From positions 71,424,001 through 71,488,000 of the forward strand of contig OX597817.1 of the NCBI GenBank assembly GCA_951406725.2: a stretch of 64,000 nt of DNA, read 5' to 3'. The first letter of the stretch is position 1. Every line of letters starts with the position of its first letter. Below the pieces are notes generated by a model. That model had not been told where the DNA came from and searched no databases. It worked only from the letters and a program-made list of their open reading frames with translations. This DNA is from Octopus vulgaris (Eukaryota). The position numbers and the translations under genes were made by a program. This document shows positions 26,354-39,800 of this stretch, in pieces.

Positions 26354-28508
26354 TATATACCACAGAAAAACAGAATGGAATAAGCATAGCAAAAGCACAC
26401 ACGAGGACGGAAAGTGTCGCTGAGGAGGTCACAGATGTGTAACGAACAACTGTGTCCCCCACTAGACTTTTTATCCTCATAATGTTCAGAAAAATGTTGC
26501 TTTTTTTTTCTTTTCGATGAAAATTTCTCCAAATAAGCTTCAAAGGGTGTAGATAACTCTTATATCGAAATTTATTCCGAAACATTTATTCTAAGGCCGG
26601 CGAGAGGATTTTCGGAGAATTCATACAAGTCAGGTTTGTTTCCTCACAACTTTCTGGAAAAATGGAAATTTGTTATGAAATTTCTACCAATACTTTTCAG
26701 GTGGTATAGCTTACGATTACATCGGAATTTAATGTGCAAAGTAAAACTGTTGCGCCCGTACACATACAGACAGGCATCACACTTTTTTTCGATATGATAT
26801 TTGTCTGTATGTAAGTGTGCGAACTCACAATTTTTTCTCTCTTTTTCTTTCATATTAAATTCTGATGTTTTTGTAATCACACTATCTGAAGCGTATTTGT
26901 AGAAAATTTCGTTAAACAGTATCTATTTTTTCTGCAAGTTATGAGAAAACAAAGTTGATGTGTGTGTCACATTTGTGTAGGTAAACTATCTGTACATACA
27001 TACAACACAACACAACATACGTACACAAAACGACAAAATAAATCGAATTAGATAAACGACTGAAATAACCCAGATAAAATATTTTACTGATTTATATCTC
27101 GAAGATTATATTTTTCCAAAAAGTCCTCTTTTAGTTCCCACATATGCGAACGCCAATGGCTTGCACGCACATACACAAATCCCTAATCTCTCACACACGT
27201 ACATGCAGCTAATTGTCATCTGCGCACGCGGTTGTCAGTTGAGTTGTGTATGTGAATGAGGATGAAGTTTGTAGATGCTAGGAACGTTCGTTTAGATCTC
27301 TCTGTCTCTTTCACAGTCTCTCTACATCTGTCCCTATCATTGCCTGTCTTCAGTCTCTCTTTTCTTCCCTCTCTATCACACACACTTTTACCACCCTCTT
27401 TTCACAGGGTGAAAGCTTATTTACACCACAATGATTTACCATTAGAACTTCAACATATATAGAGCTGTAGGTTAGCAGAATCGCCAAGAGTGTCTAGAAA
27501 CAGCAATCCCCCCCCCACTTACTATGATACTAATCGTAACCTATGCTATGCCCTCCCACCTCATCTTACACCTTTGGAAGATTCGTTAGTACGCCGAGCA
27601 AAATGCTTATCGACATTTCGTCTTTGTTTTGAGTTTAAATTCCGCCGGGTCAACTTTGTTTTTCATCCTTTGGGGATCGATAAAATAAGAACCAGTTGAG
27701 CAATAGGGTCGATGTCATCGACTTACCCAGTCCCCTGCAACTACTGGCTTTGAGCCAAAATTTGAAACAATTATTACTATTACTATTATTATTATATGAA
27801 ACTCTCATAGCTTATTTTGCTGGTTATGATGGAAAGTGTCAGCTGTCCTCAGCCAGCAGACCAAGGTGATACTTGTTTACTAGTCATGTTTCAAGAACCC
27901 TGCAAAGAATTCTTGCAGTTTCAAGCGATGCTGGTTTACCTTCACACTTGCGGTACGTCGTGCACCTGTACAGGTAATGTCGATTTGGTGGAGGGAGTGA
28001 TCTTATGTGAACACAAACATTTGATCACTATAAACAAACCATGTGTGGTTGTTTAACAAGAAATTGCCGAACCTTCGTACGCTGTCAAACGACAGGAGAG
28101 TTCGTGATCATTATTAAGTAATCGACTAATCCCTCTCCCCAAATTTCAGGCCTATTTTCCTTTTTTTTATTGTGGACGGTGATCAATAATATAAGAAGAA
28201 TTGACAGGAGATAATAACATATAACAAAAGATACTAATATAAGATGGACTAGATAACTATTCCCCATCATAAAAATTGTGTGCAAGCATGTGTATTGAAA
28301 AACTAGAAAGTAAAAATTAATAATAAATCAATGAAACTGTTGTAATAGTTGTTAAAATATTACGGATATTAAGATAGAGTAGATACCAGCTTACCGTTAG
28401 AAAGTTTATACGTTTGTACGTGTGTGTGTGTGTAATAGACCAGAAAGTGATATTAATTAATAAATCGATTGCAAAGTGATTGTTGTAAAAGTACTCTATA
28501 GAGATTTT

Positions 28509-28741
28509 AAGGCGGCGAGCTGGCAGAAACGTTAGCACGCCGGGCGAAATGCGTGGCCGTATTTCGTCTGCCGTTACGTTCTGCGTTCAAATTCCGCCGA
28601 GGTCGACTTTGCCTTTCATCCTTTCGGGGTCGATAAATTAAGTACCAGTTGCGCACTGGGGTCGATGTAATCGACTTAATCCCTTTGTCTGTCCTTGTTT
28701 GTCCTCTCTGTGTTTAGCCCCTTGTGGGTAGTAAAGAAATA
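28509..28741 (+). mobile_element. Full-length young SINE family A with 14-bp TSD
   Basis: Near-identical to the 11252 copy; TATAGAGATTTTAA lies on both sides (28497-28510, 28742-28755). Confidence 0.9.
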
Positions 28742-31509
28742 TATAGAGATTTTAATGAACAGCTTATGATATTCCATTTTATTTACATGTTTTAAAAATA
28801 GTGGTTTTGAAAAAAAAACTTTATTAGTTGAAAAATGACATAGTAATATGTACAATAAAAATATTCAATAAATTTTTATGCACACACACACACACACACA
28901 CACACATCCACAAACATTCATATACACACATATATGATTTTTTAAAAATAATTTAGAGGATGTAAAACTCTGCTGACTCATTATTTTTTCTTCTTTCAAC
29001 TTTTTCTTGAAGAAACTCTGTCCGAAACGTCGAGTTCACTATACTCTTTTTAGCTAGAGAGAGAGAGAGAGAGAGAGAGAGTGGAGAAAGAGAGAGAGAG
29101 AGAGACAGACAGAGACGAAGCAGGAAACGTAATTGGTGTACTTTAAGCATTATATAAGCGCGCTTTCACACGAAGATGAAAACCACTTGATTTATGGAAA
29201 CGCTCTTAAATATAGAACTTTGAAAAAACTAACCATGTTTTCTGTGATTCTTGTTACTAAATACCTTGACTTGAACTCCGAACTTTAGCTTATCCCACAA
29301 TATGGTTGATCATATCACTTCGTACGCAGAATAGGAGTGAAGTGTGGAACTGATTACGAAGCCCAAATTATCTCGTTGTGCTTTCCAGCACACTTTTAAT
29401 TATACAACCCTTATATACACACACATTAAGGTAAAATAGACTATCACCAACTAATACAATGTATGATACCAATAGTATAGGTTTCTTATGTTGCAACAAA
29501 ATTTTCATTGAAGTTTTTTTTCTTCTGAAGCAATATCTTCAACATGTCCCAGAAACTAATACAAAAATAAATAATGTAAAAGAGGAAAAAAGGTCCAATT
29601 ATGTGCAATTTAATCAGGTTTTTTAAAAAATTGAATTATGAATTAATTCTTATTTAAGATTTTCATTCTTATGAGACATCCAGATCTTTGTTTTTTATTA
29701 CTACTATAACAACTAATAAATCGAAGAGTGGTTGATAGCAGAATCAATAATGCGTTGGACAAAGTTCATCGACAGTTTCATTCTGGCTCTTCACATTCAG
29801 AGTTCAAATCCAGTCGAGGTCAACTTTGCCTTTCATACACCAGGGGATTCGATAAAATAAGTACCAATCATGTATAGGAGTCTATTTAATCGCTTAATTC
29901 CCTACTCTGAATTCGTGGCCATATTAGGAAAAAGGATAATCGGTGAAGAACGGTTAACGACAGAACTGGTAAAGCTACGGACAAAATGCCTTGTGGTATT
30001 TAATTACATCGCTTTGTGCTTGGAGTTCAAATCCCGCCGAGATCGAGTTTATCTTTCATCCTTCTAGAAGTCCATAAAATAAAGCCCCAATCAGGTACAG
30101 GGGTAATGTAATCGATCATACGCTTCACTATCAAAAGATTGAAGCTCTTTTCCTATGTTAGAATTAATTTTATTATTAAACTGTTAACATGTAAATAGAT
30201 TGTGATTTGAAAATAAAAAATAATAAATTGAAATTTTCTTCCTCACATTTTTATACAGACTGAGACAAATAAATCACAGCCAGGCACTGCAGATAGAACC
30301 TTTGCGCTCTGATATATCACAAAATATTCTTATATGATTTTTTAAAAACATTCTTGTTGAATAAAAGTTACAGTTATATATACTCAATGTTGTTTCTTAA
30401 TGTTTTATTACTTATAAGCATTTTATGTGAAAATCTATTTGAATATATATGTATGGATAATCTATGTATGCAGCATTGGAACTGATGAAACCACACTATG
30501 TTGAAATTGTGGTTATAGTTATGACCTTGTAATTAAGAAGTTCGCTTCACGAACATGTGATTTCGGGTTCAATCCTACTGCTTAAATTTTTTCATTTTAG
30601 CCATCACAGACAAGGCAATCCTCTAGCATGGCCTTGTCCATGACGAAGTATCTTTCGCTATAGACTTTGAGTTGACAATAAACCCTTGCGAGTGAAATTA
30701 GATAAATGGAAACTACGTAGAAACTTGCTCGAATGAACTATAGTTGACTCTGGACGGTAAGCTTCGTCAGCACTTAGCCCTCTGACATGCTGAACATGTC
30801 TCCAATCTAAATATAACTTTCGATATGCTGATCTTTGGTTACAGCAACCTGTGAATCATGGTTTTCCAATCCTTTTCTCATCTACTCACAATACAGGTCT
30901 TGCTAAGAGTTACAAATACTGCCCTTAATTCTTTGAGTGTATATGAAAACTTATTCTGAACTGATGGCAATGTTAAACAGCACGATATAGATATCGACTT
31001 GAAAAAATTTAAAGTTACATCTTTTACGTTTTGAATTCGAACCTCCACTTAGTGACTTTCAGTTTCCTAGGTTTGACGAATAAAAGTAGCATTCAAGTAC
31101 TGCAGTGGAGGTATCAACTGTACATTCCCTCCAAATTCGTGAAATTGTAAGTTATAAATTATTTTACATTTTATTATAAAAGTTATAGTAATAATGAAAT
31201 TTCTATATGTATACTATCTACACTGAACAAAATTTGGGATCTACTGCTGCTTCTTCACATGGTGCTAAGACATAACTGCATATAATTTTGCATGTAGATG
31301 ATACGCATTGCATTTGCTCAGTCGAGGTAGCCATGGCTAAGTCAGAAAGATAAATCATGAACGTGTTAAATGGTTAATATAATGTACATAACACTGAAGA
31401 CTGTTAATGTCGACAATCTGTTTATGGTTTGAATATGTCCCCCAAAAAACTAGCCACTCTGATGAATTACTGATTTCATTGAAGCAAGTACATTTACATC
31501 TAGGGTAAC

Positions 31510-32050
31510 TCATCATCATCGTTTAACGTCCGCTATCTATGCTGGCATGGGTTGGACGGTTTGATTGAGGACCGGTGAGCCAGAGGCTGCACCAGGCTCA
31601 ATCTGATCTGGCAAAGTTTCTGCTGCTGGACGCCCTTCTTAACACCACCCACTCCGAGTGTAGTGGATGCTTTTTACGTGCCACAGGCACGAGGGCTAGT
31701 CAGGCGGTTCTGGCAACGACCACGCTCAACAGGTGTTAAGCACATCCGAACGTGGGGTTGAACCGGCCCACTTATGAGTACCCCTCATTCATTGGACAAT
31801 GAACTTTGTTTGCAAAGACCTATTGAGGAAAGTGTAAACAAATCAAAATCGCTAACGTGGCCGATGACAATACCGCCTGATTGGCACTCGCGCCAGTAGA
31901 ACGTTAAAAGCATATCCGAGTGTGATCGTTGCCAGGGCCACGGATTGGCTCCCGTGCCGGTGACACGTGAAAAGCACCATTCGAGCGTGATCGTTGCCAG
32001 TACCGCCGGACGGGCACCCATGCAGGTAGTACGTAAAAATACCTTTTGAG
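31510..32050 (-). mobile_element. SINE family C with RTE-like (GAT)n tail
   Basis: CATCATCATCGTTTAACGTCCGC..GCATGGGTTGGACGG..TTTTACGTGCCAC; relatives at 42178(-), 43090(+), 45070(+), 47930(+) and 48735(-). Confidence 0.75.
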
Positions 32051-33205
32051 CTACATTTGATATTTCCACACCATAATATTTTCATAAACTCATGAAAGCT
32101 GTTTTGATACTTGTTCAAGTGCTGCCAGTAAAAATTATGGTTTGATGACATTATTTAATAAGAGAAAAGATTTAATTTGTTTCAAGATTATTTTAATTTG
32201 CTTCCTCTCACTCAGTCATGGGGTTTTTCTTTCTTATCTTGTGAGTTATTGGCAACCTCATTACGACTGGTAGCACAAAGTACACTCTTAAAGTGGTTGG
32301 CACTAGGAAGGGTATGCGGCAGAAAACCCGGCCACAGCAGATATTGGAATTAAATGCAATTTTTGGATTCATTGCAGCAAGTTGAATCGTTCTGTCTATG
32401 CCAGTGCAAAAGGTGAACGTTTAACTATGACAATGATAAATCTGAAAATGTATAATGCTAGTGCCACTAAAGTGGTTGGGGTTCGGAAGAGCAACCAGTC
32501 ATAGAAACAATTCCCAGAATGGAACATACAAGTGAGACATCCATCTACAAGAGGAATAACTTTGAATAAAGACTAACACAAACCATAAAGACCCACTCAA
32601 CCCATACTGGTATAGAAACAGGATGCGAAAATGAAGATGAGTTCGAATTTTTACTTTTTCTACTAGCCATGAGTTATACTGATTTTCATCAGAATCTTCC
32701 TTATATAAATGGTAGATGACAATTATAGAAAATATAACTCAGTATTGATATTAAATTCAATATTTGTAAATATATTTTTTCTTGTAAAATCCTGTATTGG
32801 ATTTTGAAAACTAAACCTTGACGGCTTTGATTGTCAACAAGATGAAGGTGGGCTTGATGAATCCAATATCTTTTGGGTTTTTATTGTATCAAGCAAGAAA
32901 AGAATGCCATCCTCTCCCATATTTCTGGACATCAGCTACATCAATATCCTCTTTCCAAGATACATGACCTATATTGACTCTGAACACTGCCTACTCCAGA
33001 GCAGTTTATGAAAAAAATTATAAAAAAACAAACAGAATTTTAGAAATCCAACAAATGACAATTTTCTTTTATTATCAGAAATGTAAGTTTGTTTACACTC
33101 CCCACTTTCATTTCACTTCACTAAATTTAGTGCTTCAGCTTTATGTGAAGGATGTAAGGGCTTTCAGCTTGGGAGTGTTAGTAAAGCCAGAGCAATTTCT
33201 CAGTT

Positions 33206-33222
33206 TTAGCAACTAACCCAAA
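33206..33222 (-). CDS. Candidate short terminal coding exon of the giant-exon gene
   Basis: Strong acceptor TATTTATTTTACAG at 33223. It is phase-compatible with donor A|GTAAGA at 33836, giving ..RSKK-IWVSC*. AATAAA follows at 33073-33068. Unconfirmed. Confidence 0.35.
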
Positions 33223-33425
33223 CTGTAAAATAAATACGTATTTCCCAACAGCAACACATGAAGGATAGATTTATGAAAATATACATTTATGAATGATGGT
33301 TGCTTGAGATTGAATCCAACGAACTTTTCTCTTCACTGGTTGTTTAGTACCCCCATGCCAGCCCAGCCTGGATAAAGTTGATTTTATGATCATAAAGCAT
33401 TGCAGCAGTGACTGTGCATTGGCAG

Positions 33426-33495
<70 letters not shown>

Positions 33496-33801
33496 ATTCA
33501 CACACACACACACACACACACTTGAGATTACACTGTGCAATGTATCCTTTATATTAAGACGGTGGATTGTAATTTGAGTGAGAATTGACTATGTCTAGCA
33601 GGCCAAGAGACTATACAATGGTTCTCTTATTTCACGATGGGCGTAATGATTAATGTTGGAAATGGCACCAATCATACCATGGATTTTTTTTTCATTACAG
33701 TTTCCATAAAAAAGTTATACATGTTCCACCTAAAATGAAACTTTTAAAAAATTAAATTTCAGGCCATTTTAATTCTGCAATGAATATATGATGATTATGC
33801 T

Positions 33802-36800
33802 TCATATATTCAACATGGAAGAAATGTAATTCTTACTTTTTTTGCTTCTCATCTGAAATGAATCTTTCATTTTACGTGACTCACGTCTGTAATCAGATGC
33901 TTTACGTTTTAATGTGTTAGTCTCAATAATACCACATGCAAGTTGTAGGCAGCTGTTGACATCATCATCCTCCTCTGCATTATCTAAAGATGAGTTAGAA
34001 GGTTTTACTGATTGTGCTGAATCAGTTTTACTGACATTCAATAAACTGGTGGAATTTGTTAAGGTGTTGCAACGAGGGTCATTACTGACTACATTTGGAG
34101 CAATGTTTACAAATTGGGTATTAAATAACAGGGACCTGTCAGATATAGAAGTTCTAATAGCTGTACTTTTATTAACAGGATTCAGAGTGCTTGGAATTGA
34201 TGCTTGCAGTATGTGACCTTTGTTTAGAATAGGAGTCTGTTGATTTTGCACTTTATTCACAACAGGAAACAGAACACTTTTGCCATTTAGCTGCATCACT
34301 AGAAGTCGCTGTCCTGGAAGAGGAGCATTTGTCTTGGGAAGTATTAGTGGATTCATTGAATTGGAAATTAGTCTGAAAGACTTGGCATTTTCTGCTGCAT
34401 TTTGCTTTGAATTGTTTATGCGCGCATCATTTGTATTTGCAGAAGTATTTAAGTACCTGATACCTATTTTGCTAGCTGTTTGTGCAGCTAATATGTTATT
34501 CGTCCTAAGCATCTGAGTAACATTTTTGCAAGTAGCACGACATTTAATAGATTTTAGGGTCTTCTCTCCCAACTTCTTAACATTAGCAGATTTTTTACCA
34601 TCAGGCAAGTACATTCTGGGCATCATTACAAAACATTGTTTGAGGGGAAATTTTGAAAGGGTATATTTATCAATTTTGATTCTTGTTTTCTTCTTGGAAT
34701 TAATTTTCATTTCTAGTTGTTTGTTTTCTCTTTGCAGTTTGCTAAAAGCACTATGCATCTTGACAAGTTTTAACACGTTTGGATTTTCAATAAGTGTTTT
34801 TGGCTTTATTGGCTTAGGATTTAAGTAGCTGAACTGCCTATAACTATTTGATACTGGTGGTTTAGAAGTTACAGGCTTGTCAAACTGATACATTTTGAAC
34901 TTAAGCTTAGGTTTTGATGCCTCTTGTGGTAATTTTTCTTCGTTGCTAATCCCTAGAGACTTTGAATTTGCTCCATTTGCTGTCTGTGTGGAATTTATTC
35001 CATGACCTGAGTGAAATGAATTTACTTCAGTTGCTGGTTCAGAGGAAATTATTTTACATGACTGCTGAGCAGAATTTAATACATTTGGCTTAGTAACAAT
35101 TATTTTATAAGGTGGCAGAGTGTTATTTAGTTTAATTGACGGTTTAGCGGTAATTACATAATGTGGTAAAGTGGAATTTACTTCAACTGCTGATTTAGTA
35201 GAATTTACTTCTTGAGCTGGCCGAATTAAATTTACTTCTTGAGCTGGCCGAATTAAATTTACTTTATATACTGCCTGCTTTGAGTTTGCTCCATTATCCG
35301 TTTGACAGGAATTTACTCCTAATTCTTTCTGACTGGAACCTGCTTCAAAATCTGTCTGACTGGAATTTTCTCCATAATCTGTCTGATTGGAACTCACTTC
35401 ACAATCTGTCTGACAAGAATTTTCTCCATAATTTATCTGAGTGGAATTTTCTACAAAATCCGTCTGAGTGGAAATTTCTCCAAAAGCTGTCTGAGAAGAG
35501 TTTATGTCATTGGGTTTCAAAGTGGAATTTACATCATTCAGTGGCTGAGCAGAGTTGGTAGGTTGCAAATTTGAAGAAAGAAATATTGGGGATACTGAAG
35601 ATGTTACTGAAGAAATTCTAGGTTTTGGGTTTCTCAATGAAGCAAGTGTAGGCTGAGGGGTTGGAAGTAATGAAACTATAGGCTGGGAAGAATTTGGAAT
35701 TAGGGAAACCATTGATTGAGGTCTTGGAAATACAGAAGCCAATGGTTGTAAGTTTGTTAGTGTAGTAACCACTGGTGTAGTGGTGTTAAATGAAGAAACT
35801 ACTGGCTTTGAAGTGTTCAATGAGATGACCATTGGTTTTGAAGTGGTCAAGGATGAAAGCACTACTGGTTTTGAAGTGGTCACAGAGGTTACATTTGGTT
35901 TTATGGTGGTTGTTGAAGAAACTATTGATTTAGAGGGGATAAAGGAGTTAACTTTCGGTTTTGGGGTGGGTAATGGAGAAACAACTATTTTAGAAGTGGT
36001 ACTTGGAGAAATCACTGGTTTTGAGATTGCCCACGAAGTAACCACTGGTTTTATGTCAGCTAATGATGAAACCATTGGTTTTATGTCAGCTAATGATGAA
36101 ACCATTGGTTTTATGTCAGCTAATGATGAAACCACTGGTTTTATGTCGGCTAATGATGAAACCACTGGTTTTATGTCGGTTAATGAAGAAACCATTGGTT
36201 TTAAAAAATCATTAGTCATTTCTTCCTCAGATTTAATTTTCCAATCATCTTTAGGAGTATTTATAGTAAAATTAGAGTTATCCCGCAGAGAAAATATGGA
36301 ATCAATTTTCAGTGTCATAGGATTTTCATCCTCTTTCTGACAGATGGATTTTAAATTCCCCAGATCTGATTGGCTGTCTGAAATTACTACAGATTCTGGT
36401 TTTGTAGAAGAGTTATTTGAAGAAACAGTTGAGGTTTTGGTATTGGTTAGATGACTGGGCAGGATCAAAGATGAAGTGGAAGTGATAAGAAAATTAGAAG
36501 TCAAACTAGTAGGACTATTAACATTTTTGGAGTTATCGCATGTATCAGGAGCTGCAGATTTGGGAAGATTGGACTGCTGTGAGGAATCAACAACTTGCAT
36601 TACTTGAGTTTCTGGTTGCTGCACTTTAAAAAGTAACTTTTCTGACTGATTGGGTTGGCTTACCAATGTTGGAGATTGAAGTTTCTTCCTGACATTGTCA
36701 ACAATTTTTGTCAGCTTAACAAACTGAGGCAGAGCAGACTTAGGGCTTGTAACATAATTAACTACACGTGTAGATACAGGTTTAACCATGGTATCAGAAG

Positions 36801-39800
36801 TGCTGGAAACTTTCCCCAGTTTCAGATTAACTTGACTGTTAGAAAAAGAAGTTAGTTTTACAAGAGAATTAGCAGTTACATTTTCCTGACTGGTTACCAG
36901 AGAAACAACTGGAGCAACATTGCTGACTGTATCATCTGGTAATTCTTGTTTAACCTTGATCACTGGACTAATATTAGCAGATGTCACCTGCTGCTGCTGT
37001 TGTGGTTGTTGTTTAGAAATAGCAGAGGTTACTGTAGATACTATAGCTGGACTCGGCTTTAATTGAGATTGTGAATAAACTGGATTAGATCCTACTGGAG
37101 TAGTTACATTAAGCTTTAGAGGCTCAGATGATGATGTTGAGGATGGAGAAAACATGACAGGGATATTGTTGTGTACAGTTTTAGTCACAAACCTTGCATT
37201 GTTATTACAGTTGGAGGCTTGTAAAAATGTTGGTGCTGACTGTGTACCAGCGTTAGTATTTAATAAGGAAATTCCTTTGGCTGCATTAGCATTTTTTGGC
37301 TGATGTGTAGATGTAGACAGTATAAGAGGGTTACTGATTTTGCTTTTCATTTTGCCTGTTACTGAAGAGGCAAAGCTGACTTGTTCAGGAAGAGACTCTG
37401 GTGGAACTAAGATAATGTTTTGCGATGAGGATGGTGATACTTTAGGTAAGTTGGTAATACCTTTGGCTTTATAGATATCACTGGGGTGAATGATCTTCAC
37501 ACTTTCAGATGTTTTAGGAGAAGTCTGGAAAACAGACTGAGCTGCAGATGGGATATGTTTGGCCAGATTAAGCAAATCATCAGGATTTATAGGACCAATA
37601 AAAACCATTGGTTTGTTAAAGTTAGAGGAATATGAAACACTAGTTGTAGAATTTGGAGGAGAAACTGATAATGAAGAAGTCTGTTTGGCTTTACTAGAAT
37701 TAGAAGTTGATACCAAAAAATTACTAGTATTTTGTGAAGATGACAAGTTTAAAGATGTTGATGGTAGATTATGACTCAGAGGATTAATAATAGTTGGTGA
37801 AATCACTGTAGATATTTCTGTTTTGGGAGCAAGTGGTCTTGGGAAAAGTTTTTTTGGATTTTGCTACGTTGATAGCATATCTTATTTGGGGGACAAAATT
37901 TGTTGATGAAGAATTCTTTATAATTTCTTCTGATTTAGGGAATGAATCCTGTAAGTTTTTTGTAGTATTGATGATGGTAGTTGTTGAAGGGGAAGCAGAA
38001 GAAACGACCGCCTGAACATTTGGTTCAATTGTAGTAGTCTTCCCTGCAGGAGAGTTCTTGGCATCTGAAGTGCTTGCAGGTAGAATTAACCAAGAAGTTT
38101 TGTTACCTACAACTGAAGTGTAGGTGCCTGTTCCAGGCATTTGCTGAGTTTTAGTCAAACAAGAGCTATCAGCTGTAGAACCGATTTTTGGAATAGTGCA
38201 AATACTTTTGTCGAGATTGTAACTTGATGTTGTTTTGGTGATAGCATGAATTGTTTTATGAGAGTTTAAGTCTTCAAGAATAGCAATATTCGTTGTAGGT
38301 GTTTTTGGTGTGGCTGTAACACCATTTGGCAGAATCAATTCTGAAGATTTTATAAAAGTTTCTTTTGAGTTGATACCTTCAGTAGGAACATTAGCAGAGA
38401 TTGAAGAATTACTGCTTTTAACAACCTGAAAAACATTAGAAGACACATAACCATTATGTACAATTGTCTTGTCATCACTGGTCACAGCAGGTGAAGCTTG
38501 ATCTACCAATGTTGATACAAGGACACAAGGAGTCATCTGTGAAGGCATTTGAGAAGTGTTATTCAGAACATTTCCTAAAGGATTTGTTTGAAGAGGAAAA
38601 GCTGATGAAGATGTTGGTGTCGTAGTAGCCACTTGATTAGCTATTGCAAAAGTTGGCTTACCTATTATAGTAGTGTTTTGTGAATTCTTCAGAATGGGAC
38701 CTACTGTAGATGCACTGGGCATATACTTAAAAGAAGTTACAGGAGATGGTACTGGAGTAGTCTGAGAATTAGAAACCATAGTAAGGTGTACAACTTGAGA
38801 ATTATTTGAAGGTAATGACACAGGGACAACAAATACCTTCTTTGGCAAATTAGTTGCAGGAAGTGGGGAAATTTTAGGCTGATTTTCAGTTTTTAATATT
38901 GTGTTTGCTAATGTTGAAGTTGCACCTGAAATAGATTTCGGTGGGAGCACATTGAGAGTTGAATTTGAAATGCAGCTTGACATATTAGGCTCTAAAGCTG
39001 AGTAAACAGTATTGGTTCCATTTAATAGAACTGAATTTGTCCCCTTAGGTGGAACATTTCCACTTGATTCTTTTGAACTTGGAGTAGCTTTTAAAATAGC
39101 ATTGAATGAATAAAGAATATTTTTCAGATTGGTCTGAGATAATGGTTGAGAAGATCTGACTATTATGTTCTTTGGTAAGACAGCAGAATTTGTTGTCTTA
39201 TTATCAACAGTAAATTTATGATTAACAGGTAACGAAATGGGTACACTGATTTCACAAGTGCCAGATGAATCCACAGAACCATCAGTATGTAATTGTGGGT
39301 TTACCTTCAGCTGGTTTTCACTGTTTACAAATTCAGATTTGATAGCAGGACTGCCAGCGCTTGTATCCACTGCTTGAGGCATCAGAATAATAGGCTCACT
39401 TTTTGTGACTAATGACGGAGCTAAAGCAGAAATAGGTTCAATCCCAGGTTCCTTCTTTATATTTGTAATGAGCACAGGAGCTGAGTCTGTAGGAAGAGAA
39501 ACTGCTGCATTTAAAGAAGCGTCCCTACTGACTGACATATTTGCTGTCAAATCTGGGGGAAGCAGTGATGTAAGGTTGCTATTAATTGATGGATTTGTTA
39601 AAACTGAGGGAGAAATTATTGGCAAAATGACTGGATCTGAGGTGGAAATAGGTGAACCAGGTACAGTAAAGGTTTGATCCATAAATTCATCCTCAATAAC
39701 AGTATTTTCATTAGACTTAGCATCATTCAACAGAACTACGCTTATTTCAGAATCATCTTCACCAACAGCATCAGATGAGTTTCCAGTATCAGTCTCCACA

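Noticed and set aside
29140-29170. TATA-like TTATATAA beside a GA microsatellite as a promoter
   Set aside because: No supportable downstream exon or ORF on either strand; the motif is common in AT-rich DNA.
30482-30520. CTGATGA..GAAA hammerhead-like spacing
   Set aside because: Stems I and III cannot form; a competing AACCACA/TGTGGTT hairpin explains the pattern.
33914-39677. Plus-strand ORFs of 60-186 aa overlapping the giant exon
   Set aside because: Antisense shadows of the S/T/P-rich coding strand and its repeats.
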